The notes beneath the pieces were generated by a model. It did not search any database and had not been told where the DNA came from. It worked only from the letters and a program-made list of their open reading frames with translations. This document shows, in pieces, positions 9,269-19,195 of a stretch of 59,663 bases of DNA (the first letter of the stretch is position 1; every line of letters starts with the position of its first letter). Source of the stretch: a virus (taxonomy: Duplodnaviria > Caudoviricetes); the IMG/VR virus record IMGVR_UViG_3300031949_000041, positions 1 to 59,663 of that record. One strand, written 5' to 3'. Made by a program: the position numbers and the translations under genes.

Positions 9269-10423
9269 TCAGCCTGTTGAGGAGAAGCCGCCGCCTTGGA
9301 TCAGGGCAACTGTGCCGGAGCCGTACGTGGGTGGAGTGGGTGGGGTCTGCGCTCGCAGGCTCGCCAGGACCGCCGCGTCGAGCGCCAGCAAGAGTGGCAG
9401 CGTGCCGGCCAGCACGTTCACGCCGTCCGTGACGCCGTGGTACGTGCCGCTGGCTCGGTGCGCCTCGTAGCGCTGAAAAAGATCCGCGATGGCCGCCCGG
9501 AGCGTCGCCTGGTCGGCCGAGCCTGGGGCACCAGCGGTAAGCGCGTTCGTGGTGTCCTTCACCGGATCGCCCGCCGCGTCCTCATGGTAGCCGGTCGGTG
9601 GCGTGCCGCCCTCCGCCCCGCTGGCGCTGAGATTCTGCTGGTGGTTGCCGAGGTAGCGCAGCAAGAAACCCGCCGCGAGCGCCTGACCCGACGGCGTCGT
9701 CAGGTCGGTACCGATCCGCTCCGTCGCCGGTCCGTTGTTCGCGTCCACAAAGCCGGCGCGGCTCGCGTGGAACGCGCCACCGACGTCCTGGAAATGGTCG
9801 GCGAACTTGACGACCATGTCGGCCAGCATCGTGCCGGGTGCGCCAAGGGCGGTTGCTGCTGCTACGCCGGCCAGCGCAGCGACGGCGGCCTGCACCGCGG
9901 TCTGCTCGAGCGCGATACGTGCACGTTCCGTCGTGGGTGTCGTCAAGCTCGGCGTCTCTTCGCCATGGATCGACAAATTGGTCGATTGGATCGTAGCATT
10001 GAACACCCAAAGCGTCAACGTCGCCAAACCAAGACTCGCCACGCCGACGCGCGTTGTCAAGCGCGTGCCGACGTGGATCGTGAGGTTGTTCTCGCCGCCG
10101 ATTTTCGTCTCGGTCGGCGCGCTGGCCGGGTCGCTCTGGTAGCCGCCGCCGTACGTGCTGGCTCCTTTCGTGTACTCCTGCGCCACAAAGCTCCACGCGC
10201 CGCCCACTTCGAGTTGCGTCTCGAAGACGACGACATCGTCGCCGGAGAAGACTTCGATCCGGCTGGCCTCGCTGGCGTCGAGCTGCGCGCGCATTGCTGA
10301 ACCGGCCGGCGCGTTGACGCACCACAGGCGCCAGAAATTTCCGCCGCCAGACAGCGTGGCGCTGATCCGCACGCGCTTGGTCGGCACAACGAGCAGCGGG
10401 GCGGTCGTGAGCGAGACGGCCAT
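9269..10423 (-). CDS. Tail-associated structural protein
   Basis: 384 aa in frame with the operon, between fibre genes. Confidence 0.6.
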   Translation of the reverse strand: MAVSLTTAPLLVVPTKRVRISATLSGGGNFWRLWCVNAPAGSAMRAQLDASEASRIEVFSGDDVVVFETQLEVGGAWSFVAQEYTKGASTYGGGYQSDPASAPTETKIGGENNLTIHVGTRLTTRVGVASLGLATLTLWVFNATIQSTNLSIHGEETPSLTTPTTERARIALEQTAVQAAVAALAGVAAATALGAPGTMLADMVVKFADHFQDVGGAFHASRAGFVDANNGPATERIGTDLTTPSGQALAAGFLLRYLGNHQQNLSASGAEGGTPPTGYHEDAAGDPVKDTTNALTAGAPGSADQATLRAAIADLFQRYEAHRASGTYHGVTDGVNVLAGTLPLLLALDAAVLASLRAQTPPTPPTYGSGTVALIQGGGFSSTG

Positions 10424-10427
10424 GACG

Positions 10428-11531
10428 CTAGTTCGGCACGCCGCGCATCACAACACGCCACGTGCCGCCAACCCGTGCGACCTTGACCCACCGCGGATTA
10501 CCTGATGCAGCGCTGCTATCGATGACCGCAATCGTCGATGGCGTCGGGTCACGAACCGAGATACTAAAAGCACCACCGTTCTCCGCGCAGTAAATTGTCA
10601 TCCAGTCGCCGTCGGCGGTGCCCGTGTCGCTGATCGTCCAACTGCGGCTCGCCGTAAGAACGCCATCCTCGATGAAGTAATGATCGGCAGTCTGCGCCGT
10701 GATCGTCTTGTCGGCGGTGCCGTCGGTCTCGTCGAAGAAGCGTTGCCGCACGCGCCCCGTGCCGCTCGTCACAACCGGCGTCTGCAAGTTCACGTCGCAA
10801 CTGCTCGTGAAGGTGATGACGCCGTCGTTGAAGTCGAACGTGTCGCCAACGGCGGTGCCGAAGTTCACGTCGTCGTTGAGGTTGACCTGGCCGCTGAAGT
10901 TGACCTGTGCCGCCCAAGAGACGGCGCCGACCGCAGCGGCCACCGAGAAACTACCGCCCGTCAGGTTGAGCGTTCCGGCGCTCGCCAGCGTCGCGCCCGC
11001 GCCGAGGCTCACCGTACCGCCGGTGATTGCCAGGCCACCGCCGCCGATGGCGGTCGAGCCGTCCACGGTCGAGCCCGCGAAGAACGTCGTGGTCGATGCC
11101 GCCCGCAACTGGAGCGTGTCGTAGACGTTGACGATGGCGCTGTTCAGGTCGGTCACGCCGAGCGCCGTACCGACCGAGATCGCCACCGACGGCATGCTGA
11201 GCAGCGTCGTCGCTGTCAGGACGATGTTGTCGCCGTCGACGTCAACGTTGCCTGAGGCGATCACACTGACCGTCGTCGACGTGAGACTCGCCGCCGTTGT
11301 CGCGATCACGGTGAAGACGTCCGGCGTGAACAGGAAGAGGCTGCCCGCCGCGCCGACGATCGTTAGATCGAAAGTGCCGAAGTTCCAGTCGAGATTCGCC
11401 GTCGCCGTGTAGCTGCCGCCGTTAACCGCGTCGAGCGCGCGGGGCTGCTGCGTCGCGATCGTCGTCATGTGCGACGACGGCAACACCTGCCCAAAAGCAT
11501 ATCCGACGCCACCCGTGGGATCGATCAACAT
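10428..11531 (-). CDS. Tail fibre / baseplate-attached protein
   Basis: 367 aa, Thr/Gly-rich beta repeats; downstream of baseplate genes. Confidence 0.65.
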   Translation of the reverse strand: MLIDPTGGVGYAFGQVLPSSHMTTIATQQPRALDAVNGGSYTATANLDWNFGTFDLTIVGAAGSLFLFTPDVFTVIATTAASLTSTTVSVIASGNVDVDGDNIVLTATTLLSMPSVAISVGTALGVTDLNSAIVNVYDTLQLRAASTTTFFAGSTVDGSTAIGGGGLAITGGTVSLGAGATLASAGTLNLTGGSFSVAAAVGAVSWAAQVNFSGQVNLNDDVNFGTAVGDTFDFNDGVITFTSSCDVNLQTPVVTSGTGRVRQRFFDETDGTADKTITAQTADHYFIEDGVLTASRSWTISDTGTADGDWMTIYCAENGGAFSISVRDPTPSTIAVIDSSAASGNPRWVKVARVGGTWRVVMRGVPN

Positions 11532-11897
11532 TTAGCGCACCGCATCCGGATGTGAAACTGGCACAACATGCAGCCAGTCCTTTGTAATACTCATCGGTCG
11601 ACCAAAACGTGTACGCGGGTCGCGCACTGCAATAACGAATCGACCTTCTCGTTCGGATACGCCATCGATGGGCGCCACGATGCGAGTGATGTTTTCTTCA
11701 TTTACGACTTCGTCAAACGGCGCCCACATAGGGTGCCATCCAGTGTAACGTAAAAATTTTATGATCTCGTCGGCAGTCATATCGCGACCAGAAAATGACA
11801 AAGCGTTGTATACGGACAATCCAAAAACTGCGTCAGCGCGTTGCCGCTTGAAAGCAGCGGGTTCCGGTCCAATTGACAGCGGTTTGTGTTCTTTCAT
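11532..11897 (-). CDS. Hypothetical protein
   Basis: Coupled ORF; more AT-rich than downstream genes. Confidence 0.55.
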   Translation of the reverse strand: MKEHKPLSIGPEPAAFKRQRADAVFGLSVYNALSFSGRDMTADEIIKFLRYTGWHPMWAPFDEVVNEENITRIVAPIDGVSEREGRFVIAVRDPRTRFGRPMSITKDWLHVVPVSHPDAVR

Positions 11898-12661
11898 TAG
11901 CACAAACCTGTGAAGTCAAGCCGCGAAACGTCGAGGATAAAACACCCAAAAGAAAGCCCAATCGCCCAATTGAACGTTGCCCATGCCGGCAACATGGCGT
12001 CGAGGAGATCGAACAGGTAGACGTTCGTCAGCGTTAGGAAATCGGTGTCGGTCATCGTCGCTGGCTGCTGTACTTCGACTGTGAGATGTGCGCGTTCCGA
12101 CAGCCATGCACCACCGCCGAGACTATATCCGACAGGGCCTGGATTAACACCGGGCCAGAACGTTTGCGTTGGTGGCGTCGCGAGATCTACACCTTCGATA
12201 CGCCACGTACGAACGAACGCCTCGCCGAGCATGTCGGCAATAGAATCGTCTTCGTTTTGTAATGTCGGACCGACGACAGCACGGAATTTTGCTGCTGCAC
12301 GCTGTCGGATGTCCGAATCACGATCTTCTTGGCGCAAATCTACTGCGAGCGCATTGATCCAACTTTGCAGTTTTTCGTCACTCGTGCCTGGCAACCGATT
12401 CGCAGCAAGCTTCTCACCGGATCGCGTAACTGCAGCGTTTTGTCGTGCAAACGCAAGATTCTCAGCGTGCACGAGTCCTGCCATGTCGGCGCGATACGCC
12501 GAACCGCGCATATTCTTGAATTCGCGATACCAACCGTACGCGTACGGTGTGATTCCTTCGGTCTCGCTGTCGGCTTTATCAACAGACCCGCCATAATCAG
12601 CAAATGTACGCCGTCGCTCGGTGAGCGGAGGTCCGGAAGGGTCAATCGTGACGAGCGGCAT
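11897..12661 (-). CDS. Baseplate protein, Mu gp48-like
   Basis: Downstream of baseplate J; C-terminal LDAMLPAWATF and FILDVSRLD. Confidence 0.6.
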   Translation of the reverse strand: MPLVTIDPSGPPLTERRRTFADYGGSVDKADSETEGITPYAYGWYREFKNMRGSAYRADMAGLVHAENLAFARQNAAVTRSGEKLAANRLPGTSDEKLQSWINALAVDLRQEDRDSDIRQRAAAKFRAVVGPTLQNEDDSIADMLGEAFVRTWRIEGVDLATPPTQTFWPGVNPGPVGYSLGGGAWLSERAHLTVEVQQPATMTDTDFLTLTNVYLFDLLDAMLPAWATFNWAIGLSFGCFILDVSRLDFTGLC

Positions 12662-12662
12662 C

Positions 12663-13109
12663 TCACCACACCTTGAGGCTTACGCGCAGTGCTGCCGGAG
12701 CAGCCGGAGCCAAGAAACTACGAACACGCACTGACCGCGCCAAATCGATCTGCACGTCTGCGTATCCTGCCGCCGCTCCATGAATCGTAGCTCGAGCGTG
12801 ACGAATGAAAGGATGATGTACGACTTGGTACTCGTCGAGATATGTCACCGGCCACGTCCAGATGAAGTGCCCGACGCCCACGATCGTCGGTGTTGGAGTG
12901 ACTCCTGCCACAAACGCCGACGCAATGCCGTTCCAGCCAGTATACGCTTCAATGACCGGTGCGCCGCTGTACGTCATGCGCGCGAATGGACTCGAACGCG
13001 CAATCGCTGCGAGGTCTGACGCCATCCGCGCAAATTGTTCTGCGGTCAGTCCGTTTTGTGGCGTACCACCGAGCCGCAACGGCAACGGGGCAAACCCACC
13101 AAGCGGCAT
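12663..13109 (-). CDS. Baseplate-associated protein, paralog of 13109-13630
   Basis: LTAEQFARMASDLAA...VRVRSF. Confidence 0.6.
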   Translation of the reverse strand: MPLGGFAPLPLRLGGTPQNGLTAEQFARMASDLAAIARSSPFARMTYSGAPVIEAYTGWNGIASAFVAGVTPTPTIVGVGHFIWTWPVTYLDEYQVVHHPFIRHARATIHGAAAGYADVQIDLARSVRVRSFLAPAAPAALRVSLKVW

Positions 13110-13630
13110 TAGGCGATCTCGACGGTGAGCTTCGGGTCGATGAGCGCAACACCGGTCGCAGCAGCAAACGATCTAACTCGAACAACTTCGTTCTTCAGAT
13201 TGAGGTCAGGGTCAAGTAATTCCACTGCTGCCGTGAAATTACCGGTGCCATGTACCTGTGCACCGCCGTGCTTAATGTCGGTGTCGGCTATCACACCATA
13301 TTCATCAGCGTAATCCACAAGCCACGTCAGCGTGACATCACCGTTACCGTTGCGTGTCGGGATTGGTGGGGCAAACATCCCATCGTAATCTAGAATCGTC
13401 GGTGCTGCAGGTACGGTGTCGTTGCATTGCAACGTAATCGTGGCGAACCCCGAAGCGCGCATGACTGCAGCCATGTCGGCCGCGATGCGCACGACCTGCT
13501 CAGCCGTCAAATCAGTGCGCGGGTTGACGGCACCTTGCGATTCGTAATTGATCTTGTTAAGATCACCACCGTAATCGACGTGGTCGTTGGTCCGATTCCA
13601 TGCCGGGTTACCTGTGGGAACGACAGCCAT
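13109..13630 (-). CDS. Baseplate-associated protein
   Basis: LTAEQVVRIAADMAA...VRVRSF. Confidence 0.6.
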   Translation of the reverse strand: MAVVPTGNPAWNRTNDHVDYGGDLNKINYESQGAVNPRTDLTAEQVVRIAADMAAVMRASGFATITLQCNDTVPAAPTILDYDGMFAPPIPTRNGNGDVTLTWLVDYADEYGVIADTDIKHGGAQVHGTGNFTAAVELLDPDLNLKNEVVRVRSFAAATGVALIDPKLTVEIA

Positions 13631-13839
13631 CAGGTGTCTCCACCCGGCGCGTTAGTCATCTTTTTGATTAGATCGGCTACGCGAGCTGCTCGGATGAGTG
13701 CGTGGCCGAGCGACCGCGCGCTCTCAGATGTGAAATGCACAAAGAAATCACCATCACCACGCACAGCTTCCCATCGAACGAGACCGTCCCTTTGTACAGC
13801 AACATGGCTGCTGCGTTCGGGTAACTGGTCTTGGTCCAT
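13630..13839 (-). CDS. Small hypothetical protein
   Basis: 69 aa; 1-bp overlaps on both sides. Confidence 0.5.
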   Translation of the reverse strand: MDQDQLPERSSHVAVQRDGLVRWEAVRGDGDFFVHFTSESARSLGHALIRAARVADLIKKMTNAPGGDT

Positions 13840-15353
13840 TAGATCTGGTACACGCCGAAGTGTCTCGGCACGAGAATGTTTGGATTCGTCGCTACGCTAC
13901 CTGGTACTGTTGGTGTCGTCAAGCTGCGGAACGAATACTGAATGTCATGAATCTCGGGATGTGTGTCGAGCAACACCTTGAGCAAAAGCACCGTCAAATC
14001 GCTGGGATCTTCGTCTTCGACGAACGGATGCCGTAAAGCTCGAGGCAACCGGAACGGATCGGCAGTATTCTCACCGGGACCCAACACTCCAATCGCAGTA
14101 ACCCACGAATCGCCATATGTGGCGCTGCTGACGGCAGCAGGGCTAACATAGTCGCCGACTTGTGGAATGCCACCAAGACTATCGGCCAACGGTACATCAA
14201 CAGTGAGTGCCCAAGCACCGGCACCGCCAGCCACCGCCGTCACGAGTCGCGTTTCCGCTTTTCTATCTACGGGATTCCACCAGACGACATGAGTTTGGCC
14301 TGCAATGGGCGCTGCCACCGTCGCCGCGCCAACCGTGAAATTTTGTTCATCAGTCGAAACCGTGATGAGCACACGCGTTTCGAGACCGGTTAGCGGCGGC
14401 CACGGCGCCGAATCGAGCCACCCCGTGCCAGCTCCACCCGACAACGAGCTATCTGGAATGGTAACGCGCACGGCAACGTCGGTAACTTCGTCTGTCACCG
14501 TACCGACGACGATTTCCATTGGACTCGGCATCTCAGCGTGCAATGCCGCCCGTACAATTAGTAGAGCTGCCGCACCAAACGCACGAGAAAAATCTCTGAT
14601 GTCAGGCTCGAATGCTTTGACGATTGTAACCTTTGTTGATGCAGGACCACCGAGTGCCGGATAAACGTATGCATCCTGAACAGAACCCAACGCATTTAGC
14701 GAGATTTCTCGCATGTGCGCCCAATTACCACCAGCAGGCCGGTTGCGCAGCCTGTTGAGGATGCGATCGCGTTTGCGTTCGTCGGTTTCCGCGTCAGTAC
14801 CACCGGTCAGCGGTGCGTTTTGCGAAACGCGCGCCTCAGTCTCGAGGTTCACTGGAGGAGCGACCCATCGCACCACATTAGGATAGGCGAGGTCCGTCGC
14901 CGATCCGGTGTCGATGCCGACCACCAAGATCTCTGTTCCGGTGATCACACCAAGATGCGTTCCCGATACTTTAATGCGGAGCCCATTCGGCAGAACCGCA
15001 ACTGATCCATCGACGACCGTGACTGCGCCACCGCCAGTCACAGAAGCAACAACACGGCCACTCGAAGGTGCAGGCGGTACGACCGGCAACCCGTACGCTT
15101 CACGGATCGTATCAAGCGCTGCGCCCGTCGCGGTTAGAACATCGCTGTCGTCGTCATAAATCGCGAGGTTCGCATATTGGATGAGTGCGATGTTGGCCTG
15201 CGCAGTTGCCAACACGTAAAGGTCAGTATTGGGTTGCACTGGCGGATTCGTCACGCCGGCAGCAAGCAATTCGAGACGCATGTCCGTCAGGACGTCGTCG
15301 CGCAGCTCAGCCGCATCTTTCGGCACGAACAATTTGCCAGGCTGGAGTACCAT
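13839..15353 (-). CDS. Baseplate J / Mu gp47-like wedge protein
   Basis: TATGAALD, LTGGTDAETDE..RDRIL, PAGGN, AYVYP. Confidence 0.9.
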   Translation of the reverse strand: MVLQPGKLFVPKDAAELRDDVLTDMRLELLAAGVTNPPVQPNTDLYVLATAQANIALIQYANLAIYDDDSDVLTATGAALDTIREAYGLPVVPPAPSSGRVVASVTGGGAVTVVDGSVAVLPNGLRIKVSGTHLGVITGTEILVVGIDTGSATDLAYPNVVRWVAPPVNLETEARVSQNAPLTGGTDAETDERKRDRILNRLRNRPAGGNWAHMREISLNALGSVQDAYVYPALGGPASTKVTIVKAFEPDIRDFSRAFGAAALLIVRAALHAEMPSPMEIVVGTVTDEVTDVAVRVTIPDSSLSGGAGTGWLDSAPWPPLTGLETRVLITVSTDEQNFTVGAATVAAPIAGQTHVVWWNPVDRKAETRLVTAVAGGAGAWALTVDVPLADSLGGIPQVGDYVSPAAVSSATYGDSWVTAIGVLGPGENTADPFRLPRALRHPFVEDEDPSDLTVLLLKVLLDTHPEIHDIQYSFRSLTTPTVPGSVATNPNILVPRHFGVYQI

Positions 15354-15796
15354 TAGACCGTCAACTCGTCGGTTTGTCCTGTGGTGAGGTCAGTATATTC
15401 GATTGTAATCGTCACGCGACCGGTAATCGTGCTGCGATCGATGCGCACCGCGTCGATGCGTGCAACTTTGTCGATGTCAGTTTCTTGTTTGTATGCCACA
15501 CGAATCATCGACCGTACACGCGCTTCGAAATCTGGGCCAATCCTACGCGGGACTTCGAGTCCCAGCTCTGGCAATACTGTTGAACTACCGCGCACCGTAA
15601 GCAGCTTAATAAGCATGCGCTGGCGCACGACGGGCATCCGTGTATACTGTCCGGTGCTGTCGTCAATTGTGTAGTCGCGCGCACCTGGATCGATATAACG
15701 TGCACCTGCTGGAGGTCCAATCGGAGGAGCCACACCGCTCACTGGTGTCCCAATACCAAACGGTCCGCTACCAATGGGGCCAGAACCAATCGCCAT
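15353..15796 (-). CDS. Baseplate wedge/sheath initiator (gp25/gp46-like)
   Basis: LLTVRGS...PELG; ITIEYTDL; immediately upstream of J. Confidence 0.7.
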   Translation of the reverse strand: MAIGSGPIGSGPFGIGTPVSGVAPPIGPPAGARYIDPGARDYTIDDSTGQYTRMPVVRQRMLIKLLTVRGSSTVLPELGLEVPRRIGPDFEARVRSMIRVAYKQETDIDKVARIDAVRIDRSTITGRVTITIEYTDLTTGQTDELTV

Positions 15797-15803
15797 CAAC
15801 GAC

Positions 15804-16115
15804 TCAATCCAACGGGCAGGTCAGGGTGAACGTTGGCGGGAATGGCGGGAGACTCGGCAGTGATAGTGAAAGGGACGGCAGCGCGAGCAGGGGCAGTTGC
15901 AGGCCGGGTGGGAAGCTGGGGAGCCTGAGCGTAGGTGGAAACGGCGGCAGCGACGGCAGCGAGAGTGAGAGCGATGGCAACGCCAACAACGGCAGCTTGA
16001 GTCCGGGTGGGAAGCTTGGCAGTTTCAGCGTCGGCGGGAATGGCGGCAGCGACGGCAACGAAAGGCTCAAACTCGGCAGCGCGAGCGTCGGCAGTGCGAA
16101 GTTGCACAGGCTCAC
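15804..16115 (-). CDS. Pro/Leu/Ser-rich protein with 33-aa repeats
   Basis: GTG overlaps the spike stop; about 2.6 copies conserved as protein but synonymously diverged in DNA. Confidence 0.7.
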   Translation of the reverse strand: MSLCNFALPTLALPSLSLSLPSLPPFPPTLKLPSFPPGLKLPLLALPSLSLSLPSLPPFPPTLRLPSFPPGLQLPLLALPSLSLSLPSLPPFPPTFTLTCPLD

Positions 16116-16759
16116 GGCGCACCGAGGAACACTCCCAACGATGGCAACTGCACCGCGCCGGCAACGACGAGTGGCGGTCCAGGCTTGGCACCGCCGAGCA
16201 CGATAATGCCGATGATGCTAACCACACCGTCCTTCATCATGATCGCGCAACTCTTGCCACCACTTTCTTGCGCGAGCATCATACCGTTGTCACGTGTGAT
16301 TTGAAAAACGCCGCCGAACCCAGCAATGGTGATGTTATCGCCCTCGCCGTCGAGCGTGACGGTGATCGTCTCGCCCTGGCTGTCCTTGGTAACGGCGCTG
16401 ACAATCCGGTTCGCCTTGCACTGCACTTGAGCGCTGGCGTCTGGGTCAGTCGAATGCAACGCAGTGTCGCCCGGCTTGAGATTGCCATAAACGCCAGCGC
16501 AACGTTCGTCACGTCCACCAACGACGACACCATCTGTGTTGCCGACGTCACGGAGGATGATGCCTTCAGCGTGACCATCAGTGTTCGCCGGGAATGGCAG
16601 CACCGTGAGCCCGAGCGCCTGGAAATTATCTATTTCTCCAAACTGCTCGGCATCGGTCGAGTCCGCTTGTGTGAGTGGGACCACTGCCTGCAGCCGAGGC
16701 AAATTCGAAGAACCATCGAGCTGCGACGCTCCAAGCGTGCAAATATCAGCGTCACTCAC
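16112..16759 (-). CDS. Baseplate central spike, Mu gp45-like
   Basis: GVVVGGRDER...LKPGDTALH; follows the hub gene. Confidence 0.75.
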   Translation of the reverse strand: MSDADICTLGASQLDGSSNLPRLQAVVPLTQADSTDAEQFGEIDNFQALGLTVLPFPANTDGHAEGIILRDVGNTDGVVVGGRDERCAGVYGNLKPGDTALHSTDPDASAQVQCKANRIVSAVTKDSQGETITVTLDGEGDNITIAGFGGVFQITRDNGMMLAQESGGKSCAIMMKDGVVSIIGIIVLGGAKPGPPLVVAGAVQLPSLGVFLGAP

Positions 16760-17061
16760 GGCGGCCCCTGCGCACGCCAACTACCAGATAACGAACACGT
16801 GCGCGTGGGCGATGAGTACCACAAAGATTTCGCCGGAGCTGTAATGCGCACCGAGCGCAGCCACCGACGCCACATCTCAAGCGCTCGCATCGTCCAGGCC
16901 AACAACTTTTCGGCCTTGGCCTCTGCCTCGGTCAGGACACGGACGGTTTTACTGACAACTGACGCGGCGCTTCCCATGCTGACGTTGACCGTAAACGTCC
17001 ACGCCCATGGGGTGATCGTCGTCTGTGTCGGTAGGTAATCGGTCGGTGTCGCCATACCCAT
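16756..17061 (-). CDS. Hypothetical protein
   Basis: Fills the hub-spike gap with overlapping start and stop. Confidence 0.4.
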   Translation of the reverse strand: MGMATPTDYLPTQTTITPWAWTFTVNVSMGSAASVVSKTVRVLTEAEAKAEKLLAWTMRALEMWRRWLRSVRITAPAKSLWYSSPTRTCSLSGSWRAQGPP

Positions 17062-18263
17062 TAGATTTGAAAACTCCCTGGCCGCCAGCACACGATCTTC
17101 GTCGTGGCGCCTGACCCTTCGCTATACGAGAAAACGCGCTCTTCGATCCACAGCGGCTCATCGATGCCGCACACTTCATCGATGACGTGTACGATGGTGT
17201 CGATGGCCCAATTGGCGCCCGTCTCTGGGTCGGCATGACCGCGTAACGTCACTTCGTAGCGGAGCGTTTCCTTGAGTCGTTCGGCAATACCACGCAAAGC
17301 TGCGCGCTCCAATTGGTCTTGATTCCGGCTCTGTTCGTCGCGCGAATACAACAACCGATAAAGTAACGACCCGCGTGCCGATGGGTTACCTTCGTTCGGC
17401 TTGATGCGGTTCTTGAATGCGAAAAGGTCGAGCGTCTCAGCCAACTCGCCACCGATCTCCGCTGTCAGCGCCGCCGTCGTGAAGCTAATATCCGTACCCG
17501 TTTTACTCTTGCCTGCGCGACCGGTCTTGCCAGTGAAGAAGCAAAAAGTCGGGAAACTTGTATAATCGCGCGTGGCCTGCGCCGACACGATGTTGTTATT
17601 GGGGCTCGCATCGTCGCCGGCCAGACGTCGGATTTTGTAAAGCGCGGCTTGATCATAGCGCGGTCGCGCGAGTACGATTGTATGTCGCGTGTTGCCTGGC
17701 TGAATCGTGACGCCTTGACGGGCTGCAATGCGATCGCAGAAAGCGAAGACCCCCTCGCCAGGCTGCGGTTTGTATTCGTCGAGCTTGCCGTCGAGAAATT
17801 TCTTGAGCGCTTTGCCCGGTTTCGTTACTTCTTTGCCAGAGCGAATGTCACGCATCGCGATATCGTCGTCACTAACAACTGTGTCGATACCGACGGGGCC
17901 AGCAGCCAACGTAATCGCATCAGCGACCGTGACTCCAGCTTTGATCTTGACGCTCGGATCGACACTACATTCGACGAGATCCGCTATGAAATCGCGCCCA
18001 CGCACCGTGACAGCCGAACCGTCTCCGCCGATGTCTGTTACTTCTACGCGACCGAGAACCTGCGAGCAGTCGTTGATGAGCAGCTCGACTGGCTGCATTT
18101 CGAGCCCGCGCAGATTCTCGCGGCGCGTATCATACAACATGACTTCCCAGCCGTCGGTACTAGTCATATACGACGAAGTTATCGTATACGATTTGACAGT
18201 GGTGATATCTCGCCCGAGGAGTTGCAACCGTACCGTGAGCCGCGGGTCAACCTGTTCTGCCAC
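17061..18263 (-). CDS. Baseplate hub, Mu gp44/P-like
   Basis: VTVRGRDFIADLVECS, QPGEGVFAF, WAIDTIVHVIDE. Confidence 0.85.
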   Translation of the reverse strand: MAEQVDPRLTVRLQLLGRDITTVKSYTITSSYMTSTDGWEVMLYDTRRENLRGLEMQPVELLINDCSQVLGRVEVTDIGGDGSAVTVRGRDFIADLVECSVDPSVKIKAGVTVADAITLAAGPVGIDTVVSDDDIAMRDIRSGKEVTKPGKALKKFLDGKLDEYKPQPGEGVFAFCDRIAARQGVTIQPGNTRHTIVLARPRYDQAALYKIRRLAGDDASPNNNIVSAQATRDYTSFPTFCFFTGKTGRAGKSKTGTDISFTTAALTAEIGGELAETLDLFAFKNRIKPNEGNPSARGSLLYRLLYSRDEQSRNQDQLERAALRGIAERLKETLRYEVTLRGHADPETGANWAIDTIVHVIDEVCGIDEPLWIEERVFSYSEGSGATTKIVCWRPGSFQI

Positions 18264-18266
18264 GGA

Positions 18267-19157
18267 TCACTTTGCGTAATACTTGATGCGCTGTCCCTTA
18301 CGCGTGGTCGGCGAACGCGCCAACTCCGGATTCAGGCCGAGCAAATCCTGTAGGTTGTTTTGCACATCGTTGGCAATGGCGCTAGGCCCCTGAGCGAAGA
18401 GCAACACTTTTTCTTTGACCTTGCGTTCGGTACGCGCGACAGTTTCTTGTAACTGGACCACCGCACCACGCAGACGACGTGCCGATCGCTTGAGCGGCCA
18501 CACTTTTGGATTTTGTAGACGATCGACCGTAGTCTCGAGTTTTTCTAGTTTAAACGCTGCCTTGTCGAGTTGCGCCGAGACGCGATTACCAGCGTTCTCG
18601 ATCTGACGGCCAAACCCATCGATGGCAGCCAACGGGTCTACCGTCGCTTCGGGTGGTTCTTCTTGTTCCCAATTGACGGTGAGCGCTTCGTCGTCGAGTG
18701 ATTGCGCATCGTCGCGCGCTGAATGCACGTCAAGGATGCCACCCTGCAAGATATCAATGTCGTCGAGCAACGGCGCGTGTACGAATTCTACGCGTACGTC
18801 GGTTCCGTCGCGCTTGTTCGGATCAGTGTCGTCACTAAACGAAACACACCGAGCGCGAAACGTTCCAAGTACTGGATCCACGAGATCACCGGGCGAACGA
18901 TCACGGCAAGCGAGTACGAATTGCGGGTAGCCCGACGTGAACAGTTGCGAATACGGTCCCTTGATGATGTCTTCGCGGAAAGGGATCGCATATGAGAACG
19001 TGAAGTTTTTCGCACCGAGCGCTTCGACGATCTCTTGGTCTTTGTAGCTGAACTTGTGCTGAATCTGCTCTTGACTGAAGCTCGCCGAGCGCGACGTCAC
19101 AGGCACAACGATCCCTCGCCATGACATATGCGGGAGTTGGGCGAGAAGGTCAGTCAT
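18267..19157 (-). CDS. Mu gpN-like DNA circularisation/tail protein
   Basis: SWRGIVVPV...HKFSYKD...E.LG...GDLVDPVLG; follows the tape measure. Confidence 0.8.
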   Translation of the reverse strand: MTDLLAQLPHMSWRGIVVPVTSRSASFSQEQIQHKFSYKDQEIVEALGAKNFTFSYAIPFREDIIKGPYSQLFTSGYPQFVLACRDRSPGDLVDPVLGTFRARCVSFSDDTDPNKRDGTDVRVEFVHAPLLDDIDILQGGILDVHSARDDAQSLDDEALTVNWEQEEPPEATVDPLAAIDGFGRQIENAGNRVSAQLDKAAFKLEKLETTVDRLQNPKVWPLKRSARRLRGAVVQLQETVARTERKVKEKVLLFAQGPSAIANDVQNNLQDLLGLNPELARSPTTRKGQRIKYYAK

Positions 19158-19195
19158 TGTTCGCGGAACGATCTGGGTTTACGTTTTGTGTCAAG

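Noticed and set aside
3234-11531. Diversity-generating retroelement or invertible fibre cassette
   Set aside because: No reverse transcriptase or invertase, and no long near-identical template/variable repeat pair
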